A stretch of 64,000 nt of DNA from Acidobacteriota bacterium (GCA_034667465.1 JAXDJV010000024.1:16361-80360), one strand, 5' to 3'. Positions 27,546 to 37,066 are shown, counted from the stretch's first letter. Notes: a model not told the origin generated them from the letters alone. Made by a program: numbers and translations.

Positions 27546-28744
27546 TCGCGCTCGATCACGACGTCGCCCGAATAGAAACTTCGTCCGCGCGCTTCGCGTC
27601 CCGACAGCAGCACAATCGCAAGCACGCCGATCGTCATGATCTCGAAGCCGGCCAGCGCCCACGAGTAACCGACGCGATCGCGCAGCGCGTGCTGGATCGA
27701 GTTGACGGGCGACGCGATCAATATCCCGAGCTGATACGCGAGTCCGGGCATCAATCCGCGCACGTTGTCCGGCACCATTTCGTTCAGATGGACGGGGATG
27801 ATTCCCCACGCTCCCTGCACGCCGACCTGCATCAGAAACGCGCCGGACGCGAGGATGCCGAGGGAACCGCCGAACGCCCACATCGGAATCACGATGAGCG
27901 AGATCGTCATCGCGCCGAGCATGCTGTAGCGGCGCCCGATCTTCTGCGACAGATGTCCGAAGACGATCGCGCCGAGCACCGCGCCGACGTTGTAGAGAAT
28001 CGCAACCAGCGGCACGGTCGTCGAGCTGATGCCGCGCGACTTGAGAAAGTCGGGATAGAGATCCTGCGTCCCGTGCGAGAGGAACATCATGAACGTCATC
28101 AGCAGGACGAGATACGCGAAGCCTTTCGCGTGTCCGCCGACGGAACGGAACATGTCGGCGACCGAGCCGGCGCGCTTCTCGCGCCACGCTTCCGACTCCG
28201 GAACCTTAGCGCGGATGTAAAGCGCCAGCAGCGCCGGCAGCGCGCCGAGCCAGAACATCGGACGCCAGCCCCAGTGCGGCTGCACGACGCGGAACGCGAC
28301 GGCCGCGAGCAGGTAACCGATCGAGTAACCGCTTTGCAGAATCCCCGACAAGACGCCGCGCCATTTCGCCGGCACGTTTTCCATCGCCAGCGATGCGCCG
28401 ACGCCCCACTCGCCGCCCATCCCGATGCCGAAGAGCGCGCGCAGAATGAGGAACTGCGTGTAGGTCTGCGAGAAACCGGAGAGCAGTTCGATGATCGAGA
28501 AGTAGATGACGTTCGCCATCAGCGGACCGCGGCGGCCGAAGCGATCGGCAAGCGTTCCGAAGATCAGCGCGCCGATCGGACGGAAGGCCAGCGTCAGGCC
28601 GATCGTGGCGATGATCAACTTCTTGTCGACATGAAATGCGCGGGCGAGGTCGTCGTAAAGGAAGACCACGACGAAGAAATCGAACGCATCGAGAGTCCAT
28701 CCCAGAAACCCGGCGGCGACGGCGTGGCGGGAAGTGCTTTTCAT
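27542..28744 (-). CDS. MFS transporter
   Basis: 12-TM architecture. MFS motif GTLADRFGRRGPLM between TM2 and TM3. Confidence 0.85.
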   Translation of the reverse strand: MKSTSRHAVAAGFLGWTLDAFDFFVVVFLYDDLARAFHVDKKLIIATIGLTLAFRPIGALIFGTLADRFGRRGPLMANVIYFSIIELLSGFSQTYTQFLILRALFGIGMGGEWGVGASLAMENVPAKWRGVLSGILQSGYSIGYLLAAVAFRVVQPHWGWRPMFWLGALPALLALYIRAKVPESEAWREKRAGSVADMFRSVGGHAKGFAYLVLLMTFMMFLSHGTQDLYPDFLKSRGISSTTVPLVAILYNVGAVLGAIVFGHLSQKIGRRYSMLGAMTISLIVIPMWAFGGSLGILASGAFLMQVGVQGAWGIIPVHLNEMVPDNVRGLMPGLAYQLGILIASPVNSIQHALRDRVGYSWALAGFEIMTIGVLAIVLLSGREARGRSFYSGDVVIERD

Positions 28745-28753
28745 CGGTGCGCG

Positions 28754-28779
28754 ATTCTAACGGCATGGCGCGTTAGAAT
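28754..28779. promoter_or_regulatory. Perfect 9-bp inverted repeat ATTCTAACG-N8-CGTTAGAAT in a 50-bp divergent promoter region
   Basis: Can be read directly. Located between the divergent MFS gene (start 28744) and the DUF4388-FHA gene (start 28795). Confidence 0.35.
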
Positions 28780-28794
28780 TCGCCGCACATCCGC

Positions 28795-30042
28795 ATGACC
28801 GCCTCACTACAGGGAAGCCTGCACTCATTCAAGCTGCCCGACGTTCTGTCGTTTCTGGCGACGACGCGGAAGAGCGGCACGCTCACACTCACCCGCGGCA
28901 CGCACACGTCGTACGTTTTCTTCGATGCCGGCGCCGTCGTCTACGCCGGCTCGAATCAGGAAGACCTTCGACTCAGCGCGATTCTGCTTCGCAAGAAACG
29001 AATCAGCCGCTCGCAGTTCGAAGCGATCGATGCGCTGATGGAGAAGGAAGGCGGCCGCTTCGGACAGCTCGCCATCCAGCAGCGCATCCTCTCCGAAGAT
29101 CAGCTGCGCGATTACCTCAAGGTCCAGGTCTCCGAGATCATCTACGACTGCTTCGTCTGGCCGGACGGCGCGTTCACGTTCGTCGATGAGCTGACGCTGC
29201 CGCCGTACGCGGTGACGATCGCCGTCGATCTGTCGAACCTGATCATGGAAGGAGCGCGGCGCATCGAGGAGTGGGAACAGTGTCTTCAGCTGCTTCCCGA
29301 CAGCAGCGTCGTCTATCGCGTGGTCAGCAATCCCGACAAGGACGAGAAGATCACGCTGTCGCGCGACGAGTGGAAGATCCTGTTCCTGATCAACGGGCAG
29401 CGAACGCTGGAAGAGCTTTGCCACACGGCCGAGGATGAACCGTTCCAGGTTTATCGCGTCGTGTATGGACTGTTCGCGAACAAGCTGATCGAGGAGACGC
29501 CGCACGACATCTCGATCTCTTCCGACGACATCATGACGTCGATCGTCGAGCCGCCGCGTGCTGAAGCCGAGCCGGATGAATCGCCGTTCGAGAACACGCC
29601 GCCTCCGCCCGCCGACGAAACGATCCGCCAGGGGACGCCGACGTTCGGCGCCGATTCGACGATGCGCGAGCAGGCCGACGACACGCAGCTGCTCGTGTCG
29701 AAGGAAGCGAAGCTCACCTATCGCGATCTCGTGAAGCCGACGGTTGCGCAGCTGACGTTCTCAAACGGCGAGCTGCGCGGCACGGTCGTCCCGCTGATCG
29801 AATCCGAGTACCTCGTCGGCCGTCGTTCCGAGAACAACATCGCCATCAACGACCTCGGCGTCTCCGGTTTCCACGCGCGCATCTTCCGCGGTCCGGACGG
29901 TTACGTGGTCGAGGATCTGAAGTCGCGCAACGGCACGTGGGTGAACGGCGGCGTCGTCTATCACGCGCTGCTGAAAGACGGCGACGCGCTCCGTTTCGGC
30001 GCGACCGAGTTCAAGTACGAATTGCTCGCAACCGGAACATAG
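28795..30042 (+). CDS. DUF4388 (N-terminal) plus FHA (C-terminal) domain protein
   Basis: DUF4388-like N-terminus (LPDVLSFLATTRKSGTLTLTRG...VFFDAGAVVYA). C-terminal FHA signature (YLVGRRSENNIAINDLGVSGFHARIF...SRNGTWVNG). Confidence 0.75.
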   Translation: MTASLQGSLHSFKLPDVLSFLATTRKSGTLTLTRGTHTSYVFFDAGAVVYAGSNQEDLRLSAILLRKKRISRSQFEAIDALMEKEGGRFGQLAIQQRILSEDQLRDYLKVQVSEIIYDCFVWPDGAFTFVDELTLPPYAVTIAVDLSNLIMEGARRIEEWEQCLQLLPDSSVVYRVVSNPDKDEKITLSRDEWKILFLINGQRTLEELCHTAEDEPFQVYRVVYGLFANKLIEETPHDISISSDDIMTSIVEPPRAEAEPDESPFENTPPPPADETIRQGTPTFGADSTMREQADDTQLLVSKEAKLTYRDLVKPTVAQLTFSNGELRGTVVPLIESEYLVGRRSENNIAINDLGVSGFHARIFRGPDGYVVEDLKSRNGTWVNGGVVYHALLKDGDALRFGATEFKYELLATGT

Positions 30043-30126
30043 TCATCCCGAGCGTAGCGAGGGATCCGGGCGGTGGTGCGGCAGAGCGCCCCTCCCTCCC
30101 GGATTCCTCGCTACGCTCGGGATGAC
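30042..30126. repeat. Palindromic intergenic element, family A copy 2
   Basis: gtcatcccgagcgtagcgagggatccgggcgg...ggattcctcgctacgctcgggatgac. It exactly fills the gap between the convergent stops at 30042 and 30128. Confidence 0.75.
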
Positions 30127-30127
30127 G

Positions 30128-31399
30128 TTACGCGGTGATCCGCTCGAGCCCGCGCATGTACGGCCGCAGCGCTTCCGGAATCACGACCGAGCCATCCGCC
30201 TGCTGGTAGTTCTCCAGAATCGCGACGAGCGTTCGCCCGAGCGGCAGTCCCGAACCGTTGAGCGTGTGCGCGTAGCCGCTCTTTTTCTCCGCGGTGCGAT
30301 AGCGAATGTTCGCGCGGCGCGCCTGATAGTCGAGGAAGTTCGTGCATGACGAAATCTCGCGATACGTGTTCTGTCCAGGCAGCCACACTTCGATGTCGTA
30401 CGTTTTCGCGGAAGCGGAGCCCATGTCGCCGGTCGACAACGTCATGACGCGATACGGCAACTGCAGCGCCTGCAGAATCGCCTCGGCATCGTTCGTCAAT
30501 CGATCGAGCTCTTCCCACGACCGATCGGGCATCGTGAACTTCACCAGCTCGACCTTCTCGAACTGATGCTGCCGAATCAGACCGCGCGTGTCCTTGCCGT
30601 ACGAGCCCGCTTCGCTGCGAAAGCACGGCGTGTACGCGGTGTACGAGCGCGTCAGCGTCGCCGCATCGAGCGTCTCATCACGATGCAGGTTCGTCACCGG
30701 CACCTCGGCTGTCGGAACGAGATACAGCGGTTTGTCGGTCGTCAGCTTGAAGAGATCCTCTTCGAACTTCGGAAGCTGGCCGGTGCCGCGCAGCGACTCG
30801 GCGTTCACGATGAACGGCGGCAGCACTTCGACGTAACCCTGCGTCTCGTGCAGGTCGAGCATGAACGACATCAGCGCGCGATTGAGCTTCGCGCCGGCGC
30901 CGGAGAGCACGGCGAAACGCGCGCCGGCGATCTTCGTGCCGCGCTCGAAGTCGAGGATGCCGAGCGCTTCGCCGAGGTCGAAGTGCTGCTTCGGTTCGAA
31001 GTCGAAAACGCGTTTCTCGCCCCACGTCCGCTCGACGCGATTCGCGGTTTCGTCTTTGCCGACGGGTACCGATTCGTGCGGCACGTTCGGGAAATAGAGC
31101 TCGAGGTTCTGCAACTCGCTCTCGACCTCGCCGAGACGCTCGTCGAGCGTTTTGATCTCGTCGCCGACGAGCTTCATGGCATCGATCTGCGCGGTCGCGT
31201 CCTGCTTCGACTTCTTCAGCGTCGCGATCTCCTGCGACGCCGTGTTGCGTTGCGCTTTGAGCGCTTCGACGGTGGCGATGATCTTCCGCCGCTCCGCTTC
31301 GAGCTCGAGGAAACGTTCGAGGTCGACGTTTGCGCCGCGGTTCTTCAGCGCGTTCCGATAGTCATCCGCGTGTTCGCGCAGGTATTCACGTGAAAGCAT
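30128..31399 (-). CDS. serS: Seryl-tRNA synthetase
   Basis: 423 aa. N-terminal coiled-coil arm and a class II aaRS core with conserved motifs. Confidence 0.95.
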   Translation of the reverse strand: MLSREYLREHADDYRNALKNRGANVDLERFLELEAERRKIIATVEALKAQRNTASQEIATLKKSKQDATAQIDAMKLVGDEIKTLDERLGEVESELQNLELYFPNVPHESVPVGKDETANRVERTWGEKRVFDFEPKQHFDLGEALGILDFERGTKIAGARFAVLSGAGAKLNRALMSFMLDLHETQGYVEVLPPFIVNAESLRGTGQLPKFEEDLFKLTTDKPLYLVPTAEVPVTNLHRDETLDAATLTRSYTAYTPCFRSEAGSYGKDTRGLIRQHQFEKVELVKFTMPDRSWEELDRLTNDAEAILQALQLPYRVMTLSTGDMGSASAKTYDIEVWLPGQNTYREISSCTNFLDYQARRANIRYRTAEKKSGYAHTLNGSGLPLGRTLVAILENYQQADGSVVIPEALRPYMRGLERITA

Positions 31400-31422
31400 G
31401 GCCGGCGCATTCTAAACGCGAT

Positions 31423-31517
31423 GTCACCCCGAGCGTAGCGAGGGATCCGGGCGGGAGGGGCGGGTAGGTGCAGCTCGAGCCCCGCCCACCCGGATCCCTC
31501 GCTACGCTCGGGATGAC
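31423..31517. repeat. Palindromic intergenic element, family A copy 3
   Basis: gtcaccccgagcgtagcgagggatccgggcggg...cccggatccctcgctacgctcgggatgac. It abuts the stop of the S8 peptidase gene. Confidence 0.75.
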
Positions 31518-31518
31518 G

Positions 31519-33213
31519 TTAGTGCCGCGCGACGCGTGCGCGCGTCAAAGCCGGCGTCACGTCGCCGGTGACGACGAGCGCGTAACCCTGTCGCGCGCCG
31601 AAGCCGAGCGTCGCAGCGGAAATCGTGATCGTGTACGTCCCTTCGACCGGCGTCGCGACCGCGACGACTTCCACGTTGTTCAACCGATCGGGCTGACCGG
31701 GATGCAGCACTTCGTTGCCGAATGAAACGCTGCCGTTCGGCGCGACGACGCGAAGATCGAGATCGTTGACGAGCTCCGGCGTCGAATCGGTTGCGGCGCG
31801 CGGCGTACCGGCGGGATCGGTCCAGACGAGCGTCACCTTCAGCGGCGCGCCGGCGTGGACGTTGAAGCGGAGCGTCGATGACGCCCCGGCCGCGAGTCCG
31901 TCATCGGTCGCGACGTCGACGACGTTCAGCTTCACGCGATCGCCCGGAAAATAGAGCGCGTCGTCGAGCACCGGAAAACCGAAGCCCTGATCGTACGAAG
32001 GAACCGGCGCCGTATCGACGGAACCTGCTTCGGTCCAGCGATACGGCACACGTCGCGCCGCGGCGATCATCGTCGCCTTCAACAGCGCCGCACTCGGTAT
32101 GAAACGATCGGATGGCGTCGCGATGCCGCTCGGGTAGTAGCCGTCGACGTAGTACTGACGCGCGAGCGCCGCGGCTCCGGCGACAGACGGCGACGCCCAC
32201 GACGTGCCGCCCTGAAAACTGAAGTTGCAGTTGTTCGTTTTGTTGTCGTTGTCGGTGTCGCCGGCCAGGACGAACGCCGGCGCGACGAGATCGGGCTTGA
32301 TGCGGCCGTCGCGCGACGGACCGTTCAGCGAATAGTTCGTGATCGTGTTGTCGTCGAGCGTCGCGGTGCGCGTCCCGCCAACCTGCAGCGTGTTCTTCGC
32401 GCAGCCCGGCGCGGATAACGTGCTCGGCGGCGGCGTGGCGTTCGTGCCGAAGTTGCCAACGTTGAAGACGACGAGCATGTCGGGGTGCGAGTAGACGAAC
32501 GCGTCGACGTCGCGCGCGGACGTCGAGTAGTTCGCGGTCGGCGGATTGAATTGCGGCGGCGTTCCCTGCCGATCGCCCCACGAGTTCGAATGAATGCGCG
32601 CGCCCTGTTTGTACGCCTGGTCGAGAATCGGCGTGAGGTTCGTCGGACAGCCCATGCCGGGACGCTGCGAGCAGTTGTCGCCACCCGAGTAACCGGCGTC
32701 CTGCACGATCAGCTTCGCGCCGAGCGCGATGGCGTCGCCGAAGTCGTGCGCGAGCGGCGTGCCCTTGTCGCCGAGGATCGTTGCGGCGGCGTGCGTGCCA
32801 TGACCCTGATTGTCGTACGCGGCCGGCTTCGTCGGATCGTCGCAACCGGAAACGCCGGGGAACTGCGCGCACGAATAGAGGAAGTCGTACGCGATGACCT
32901 TGCGGCGACTCGGATCGATGTTCGTCCATCCGTAGCCGCCGTTCGGCGCCCCGGTGTTGATCGGCGGCGCGGAACGATCCGCTTCAGCGAAATAGCAGCT
33001 GTCATAATCGACGCCGGTATCGAGCACCGCGACGATCTGCCCTTCGCCGTGGATCCCGTGGTCGTAGATCGGCGTGCCGCCGTTCGACGAGCCCGACTGC
33101 AGCGAGCGATACGAGATTTCGTTCGCGGACGCAGTGGCCGCGATGAGGACGAGGACAAATAACTTGCGCACGGGCGAGAGAACGGAGAGGCGCTGAGGAA
33201 CGATTCCCACCAT
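31519..33213 (-). CDS. Subtilisin-like serine peptidase (S8 family), secreted
   Basis: Catalytic triad blocks: D (AVLDTGVD), H (HGTHAAATILG), S (GTSWASPSVAG). Start chosen at MVGIVPQRLSVL (signal peptide). The first 29 codons of the ORF-track version translate the palindromic repeat. Confidence 0.85.
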   Translation of the reverse strand: MVGIVPQRLSVLSPVRKLFVLVLIAATASANEISYRSLQSGSSNGGTPIYDHGIHGEGQIVAVLDTGVDYDSCYFAEADRSAPPINTGAPNGGYGWTNIDPSRRKVIAYDFLYSCAQFPGVSGCDDPTKPAAYDNQGHGTHAAATILGDKGTPLAHDFGDAIALGAKLIVQDAGYSGGDNCSQRPGMGCPTNLTPILDQAYKQGARIHSNSWGDRQGTPPQFNPPTANYSTSARDVDAFVYSHPDMLVVFNVGNFGTNATPPPSTLSAPGCAKNTLQVGGTRTATLDDNTITNYSLNGPSRDGRIKPDLVAPAFVLAGDTDNDNKTNNCNFSFQGGTSWASPSVAGAAALARQYYVDGYYPSGIATPSDRFIPSAALLKATMIAAARRVPYRWTEAGSVDTAPVPSYDQGFGFPVLDDALYFPGDRVKLNVVDVATDDGLAAGASSTLRFNVHAGAPLKVTLVWTDPAGTPRAATDSTPELVNDLDLRVVAPNGSVSFGNEVLHPGQPDRLNNVEVVAVATPVEGTYTITISAATLGFGARQGYALVVTGDVTPALTRARVARH

Positions 33214-33216
33214 AAC

Positions 33217-33312
33217 GTCATCCTGAGCGTTCAGCGAAGGATCCGGGCGGGTGGGGCGAAAGGCTGTAGCGCGCACCACCCGCCCGGATCCTTCGCTCAC
33301 GCTCAGGATGAC
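33217..33312. repeat. Palindromic intergenic element, family A copy 4 (variant arms)
   Basis: gtcatcctgagcgttcagcgaaggatccgggcgggtgggg...cccgcccggatccttcgctcacgctcaggatgac. Confidence 0.75.
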
Positions 33313-33319
33313 TTGTACG

Positions 33320-34414
33320 TCAGTGTACGAATTTCCGCCGGTTGCGAATGTAGTCCGTGAGGATGTACTCGCCGAGGCGGTCGGGCGACGAGTAAAACGC
33401 CCGTCCGCGATTGATCTTCGACAGCTGCTCGACGAAGTTCACGAGCATCGGATCGGTCGCCAGCATGAACGTCGTGATGGCGATGTTCGCGCGGCGGCAG
33501 CGATCGGCTTCTTCGAGCGTGCGATTGACGATGCGCATATCGAGGCCGAACGAGTTCGTGTAGAGCCGGCCGTTCTCGGTCAGCGCGGACGGTTTCCCGT
33601 CCGTGATCATGAAGATCTGTTTGTTGTTGTGCTTGCGGCGGCGCAGGATCCGCTGCGCCAGCTCGAGTCCCGCTTTCGTGTTCGTGTGAAACGGGCCGAC
33701 TTTCACATACGGGATTTCGGAGATCGGCACTTCAACCGCTTCGTCGCCGAAGAGCAGCACGTCGATCGAGTCTTTCGGATACTTCGTCAGGATCAGTTCC
33801 GTCAGCGCGAGTGCGACTTTCTTTGCCGGCGTGATGCGATCTTCGCCGTAGAGGATCATGGAATGCGAGATGTCGATCATCACGACGGTCGCGCAGCTCG
33901 AGTTGTGCTCGGTCTCGAACACTTCGAGATCGTCCTCGGTGATCGCGATCTCGCCCGACGGATCGTTGTGCTTCATCGCGTTCTGCAATGAGCGAATGGA
34001 ATCGATCGACATCGGATCGTCGCCGAAGCGGTACTGCCGCGTTTCGGTCAGCCGCTCGCTTCCCTGCCCCGCATTCGCGACCGAGTGATATCCGGCCGCC
34101 GATTTCTCGAGCCCGCCGAAGATCTCATCGAGCGCATCGCGACGAATCTGCCGTTCGCCGCCCGCGGCCAGCGCGAGATTGCCGTTCGCGTCCTGGCCGA
34201 TGATGTTCTCTTCCGTCAGCCGCGCGAAGAACGCTTCAAGGTCGACGTTCGCGTCGATGTAGCCGCGTTCCTGCAGCGCGCGCATCCACTCCATCGCTTC
34301 TTCGACGTCGCCGCCGCTTTGCAGCAGCAGCTGATTGAAGAGCCTGCGAAGGCCCATCTCCGCGAGGAGTTTTCGGATCAGGTCGGGATCGAGATACGAG
34401 TATCGATGTCTCAC
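33320..34414 (-). CDS. VWA domain-containing protein (partner of ChlI/MoxR-like AAA+ ATPase)
   Basis: MIDAS-containing VWA domain in the C-terminal half (VVMIDISHSM...). Operonic with the upstream AAA+ ATPase; its start overlaps the preceding gene by 4 nt. Confidence 0.75.
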   Translation of the reverse strand: MRHRYSYLDPDLIRKLLAEMGLRRLFNQLLLQSGGDVEEAMEWMRALQERGYIDANVDLEAFFARLTEENIIGQDANGNLALAAGGERQIRRDALDEIFGGLEKSAAGYHSVANAGQGSERLTETRQYRFGDDPMSIDSIRSLQNAMKHNDPSGEIAITEDDLEVFETEHNSSCATVVMIDISHSMILYGEDRITPAKKVALALTELILTKYPKDSIDVLLFGDEAVEVPISEIPYVKVGPFHTNTKAGLELAQRILRRRKHNNKQIFMITDGKPSALTENGRLYTNSFGLDMRIVNRTLEEADRCRRANIAITTFMLATDPMLVNFVEQLSKINRGRAFYSSPDRLGEYILTDYIRNRRKFVH

Positions 34415-34830
34415 CGGGGCTTGCTGAGTTTTTCGATCCAGCGGGCGATGGAGGGATTGTTGGGGAGATGCTCGCGCGCTTCTTCGAGCGATGCGAGCGC
34501 GTCGTCGCCGCGGCCGAGGACGAGCAGAACCTGTACGCGGAGCTCGACCAGCATCTGGTAGAGCGAAAAATCGGTCAGCTTCTGATTCGACATCAGCGAC
34601 AGCGCGCGGTCGACGAACTTCAGCGCCGTCTCCGGCTTCGAATCGTTCAGTGCATCGGCGGCGAAACGGTGAAGCATGCGCGGCGAATCGCCGAGGAATG
34701 ACTTGGCGTCGATGAACTGCGAGAGCGCTTCGCGGACGACCGCTTCCTGATCGGGGAACCAGCCGTCCCGGATGATCCGGTCCATTTGCCGCTGGAGCTC
34801 GCCGGGAACCTCGGCTGTCACCTTCACCAT
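34411..34830 (-). CDS. Hypothetical protein in the AAA+/VWA operon (139 aa)
   Basis: GC3-biased ORF lying between the ATPase and VWA genes with 4-nt overlaps. No recognisable motif. Confidence 0.5.
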   Translation of the reverse strand: MVKVTAEVPGELQRQMDRIIRDGWFPDQEAVVREALSQFIDAKSFLGDSPRMLHRFAADALNDSKPETALKFVDRALSLMSNQKLTDFSLYQMLVELRVQVLLVLGRGDDALASLEEAREHLPNNPSIARWIEKLSKPR

Positions 34831-34850
34831 GGCGCCGATTGTATCCGTTC

Positions 34851-36443
34851 CTACCGCACCGTTCGGAGCACGTTGAACTTCATCAGTTCCTGGAACGTGA
34901 TCGTCGAATCCAGGTCTTCGCGCGCCAGCCGCAGCGACTGATGCAGACCTTCGAGGATCATCTCCATCCAGAACGCCAGCTCTTCATCGCGCGACGGCTG
35001 CACGTATTTCGACGCCGTCTCGGCGAGCTTCGGCACGCGGCTCAGCTCGCGCATGTATTCGCCGAACGGCTGCTCGTCGGACAGCGTGATCTTGTTGCCG
35101 TCGGTGAACCAGCCGAGGATTGCGTCGTACGCCGGCTCGGACTTCGATGACGGCTTTGCTTCCTCGCGCTGCGGCTCTTTCTTGCGATTGCGTCCGCCGC
35201 GTCCCGCGAATGCATCGTCGAGATCGTCGGGATCGAGCTCGCCATAACCGCGGCTTCGTTCGCGCTCCATCCGTCCTGCGCCGCCTGCGCGCTCGACCGG
35301 CGGAAACTTCGATTCGAACAGCTTCGCGACCGCGAGTCCGATCAGCTTGCGCGCGACGACTTCCGGTCCCTGCTGCTCCCCTTCGTAAACCATCTCGACT
35401 TTGCCGGTGATCGCCGGCAGCAGCATCGCCAGATCGGAGAGTCGCGGAAAGACAATGCGATCGCCGGTCAGCGCCGCGCGACGTTCGAGATTCGACTGCA
35501 GCAGTTCCATCGCCGCGATCGTCAGTCGCGCGGAGACGCCGGACGATTGATCGACGAGCTCCGATTCGCGCGCGACGAACGCGACGTTCTCGATGACGTC
35601 GCGCACATAGAGCGGAATCTCGATCGTCGTTTTCGCGCCGCGCTCCGTCCAGGCTTCCTGCTCTGTGATGTGGCGCGCGACGTCGATCGACTGCGGATAG
35701 TGCGTGAGGATCTGCGAGTCGATGCGGTCCTTGAGCGGCGTGATGATGTTGCCGCGGCTCGTGTAGTCCTCGGGGTTCGCGCTGAAGACCAGCACGACGT
35801 CCATCGGAATGCGGATCGGAAATCCGCGGATCTGCAGATCGCGCTCTTCGAGAATGTTGAGCAGCGCCACCTGAATGCGCGGCGCGAGATCGGGCAGCTC
35901 GTTGATGGCGAAGATGCCGCGATTCGTGCGCGGGATGATTCCGTAGTGGATGACCTCTTCGTCGGAGTACGTCAGTCGCTGGTTGGCGGCTTTGATCGGA
36001 TCGATGTCGCCGATCAGATCGGCCACGGTGACGTCGGGCGTCGCCAGCTTTTCGCGATAACGCTCGTCGCGTCCGATCCAGTGAATCGGCAGCTCATCGC
36101 CGCGCTCGGCGGCGAGCCGGCGGCAGCGTTTGCACGACGGCGCGAACGGCGAGTCGTTGATCTCGCATCCTTCGATGACCGGAATCTGTTCGTCGAGGAG
36201 CTGCGTCAGCGAACGGAGGAGGCGCGTCTTCGCCTGGCCGCGCAGACCGAGGAGGATCACGTCGTGTTTCGAGAGAACGGCGTTGTGCAGCGCCGGGATG
36301 ACGGTTCGTTCGTAGCCGTGAATGCCGGGAAAGGTCGGCTCCCGGCGCGCGATCTTCGCCAGCAGGTTCTCGCGCATTTCATCTTTGACGGAGCGGACTT
36401 TGTAGCCGGCGGCGCGAAGCTCGCCCAGGGTATGCAGGTTCAT
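34851..36443 (-). CDS. AAA+ ATPase, Mg-chelatase ChlI-like
   Basis: Walker A LLGLRGQAKT. ChlI-like architecture. Paired with a VWA protein in the same operon. Confidence 0.8.
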   Translation of the reverse strand: MNLHTLGELRAAGYKVRSVKDEMRENLLAKIARREPTFPGIHGYERTVIPALHNAVLSKHDVILLGLRGQAKTRLLRSLTQLLDEQIPVIEGCEINDSPFAPSCKRCRRLAAERGDELPIHWIGRDERYREKLATPDVTVADLIGDIDPIKAANQRLTYSDEEVIHYGIIPRTNRGIFAINELPDLAPRIQVALLNILEERDLQIRGFPIRIPMDVVLVFSANPEDYTSRGNIITPLKDRIDSQILTHYPQSIDVARHITEQEAWTERGAKTTIEIPLYVRDVIENVAFVARESELVDQSSGVSARLTIAAMELLQSNLERRAALTGDRIVFPRLSDLAMLLPAITGKVEMVYEGEQQGPEVVARKLIGLAVAKLFESKFPPVERAGGAGRMERERSRGYGELDPDDLDDAFAGRGGRNRKKEPQREEAKPSSKSEPAYDAILGWFTDGNKITLSDEQPFGEYMRELSRVPKLAETASKYVQPSRDEELAFWMEMILEGLHQSLRLAREDLDSTITFQELMKFNVLRTVR

Positions 36444-37066
36444 GCGGGTTCCTGAGGTTCCTCTGGATCTTTTGGTTGTCTTGGATCGCGATTGAATTCG
36501 TTCATGGCGCGGCGGAGATCGCCGCGCGCGAAGAGGAGCAGCGCATCGACGGCGCGCGCGATGCCGCTTTCGACGAGCGGCAGCTCATCGGCATCGAACT
36601 CGTCGAGGACGTAGTCACGAAGCCGCGGTGCCGTCTCCGAGTAGTTCGCGCCGCGCACGCCGAATCGTAAGCGCGGAAAAGACTCAGTCGCAAGCGCGCT
36701 GACGATCGAGCGCATGCCGTTGTGCGTTCCCGACGAGCCGTTCTCGCGAATTCGCAGCCGGCCGGCGGGAAGATCGATGTCGTCGTAAACGATCATCACG
36801 TCCTTCGGCGATTCGGCGTAGGCGTTGAGAAGCAGCTTCACCGCATCGCCGGAAAGATTCATGAACGTGAGCGGCTTCGCGACGAGCACGCTCCCGCCCG
36901 CCACCCGCCCCGTTCCGGTCATCGCGTTCTTCTCATGCTCCGTGATGTCGATACGGAACTTCTTCGCGAACGCGTCGACGACCATCCACCCGACGTTGTG
37001 CCGCGTCCGCTCGTATTCGCCGCCCGGATTGCCGAGCCCAATGATCAGTTTCATACCCAGTTTCAT
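36440..37066 (-). CDS. pth: Peptidyl-tRNA hydrolase
   Basis: KLIIGLGNPG N-terminal motif with conserved HN and D residues. The start may instead be the second Met (37054). Confidence 0.9.
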   Translation of the reverse strand: MKLGMKLIIGLGNPGGEYERTRHNVGWMVVDAFAKKFRIDITEHEKNAMTGTGRVAGGSVLVAKPLTFMNLSGDAVKLLLNAYAESPKDVMIVYDDIDLPAGRLRIRENGSSGTHNGMRSIVSALATESFPRLRFGVRGANYSETAPRLRDYVLDEFDADELPLVESGIARAVDALLLFARGDLRRAMNEFNRDPRQPKDPEEPQEPA

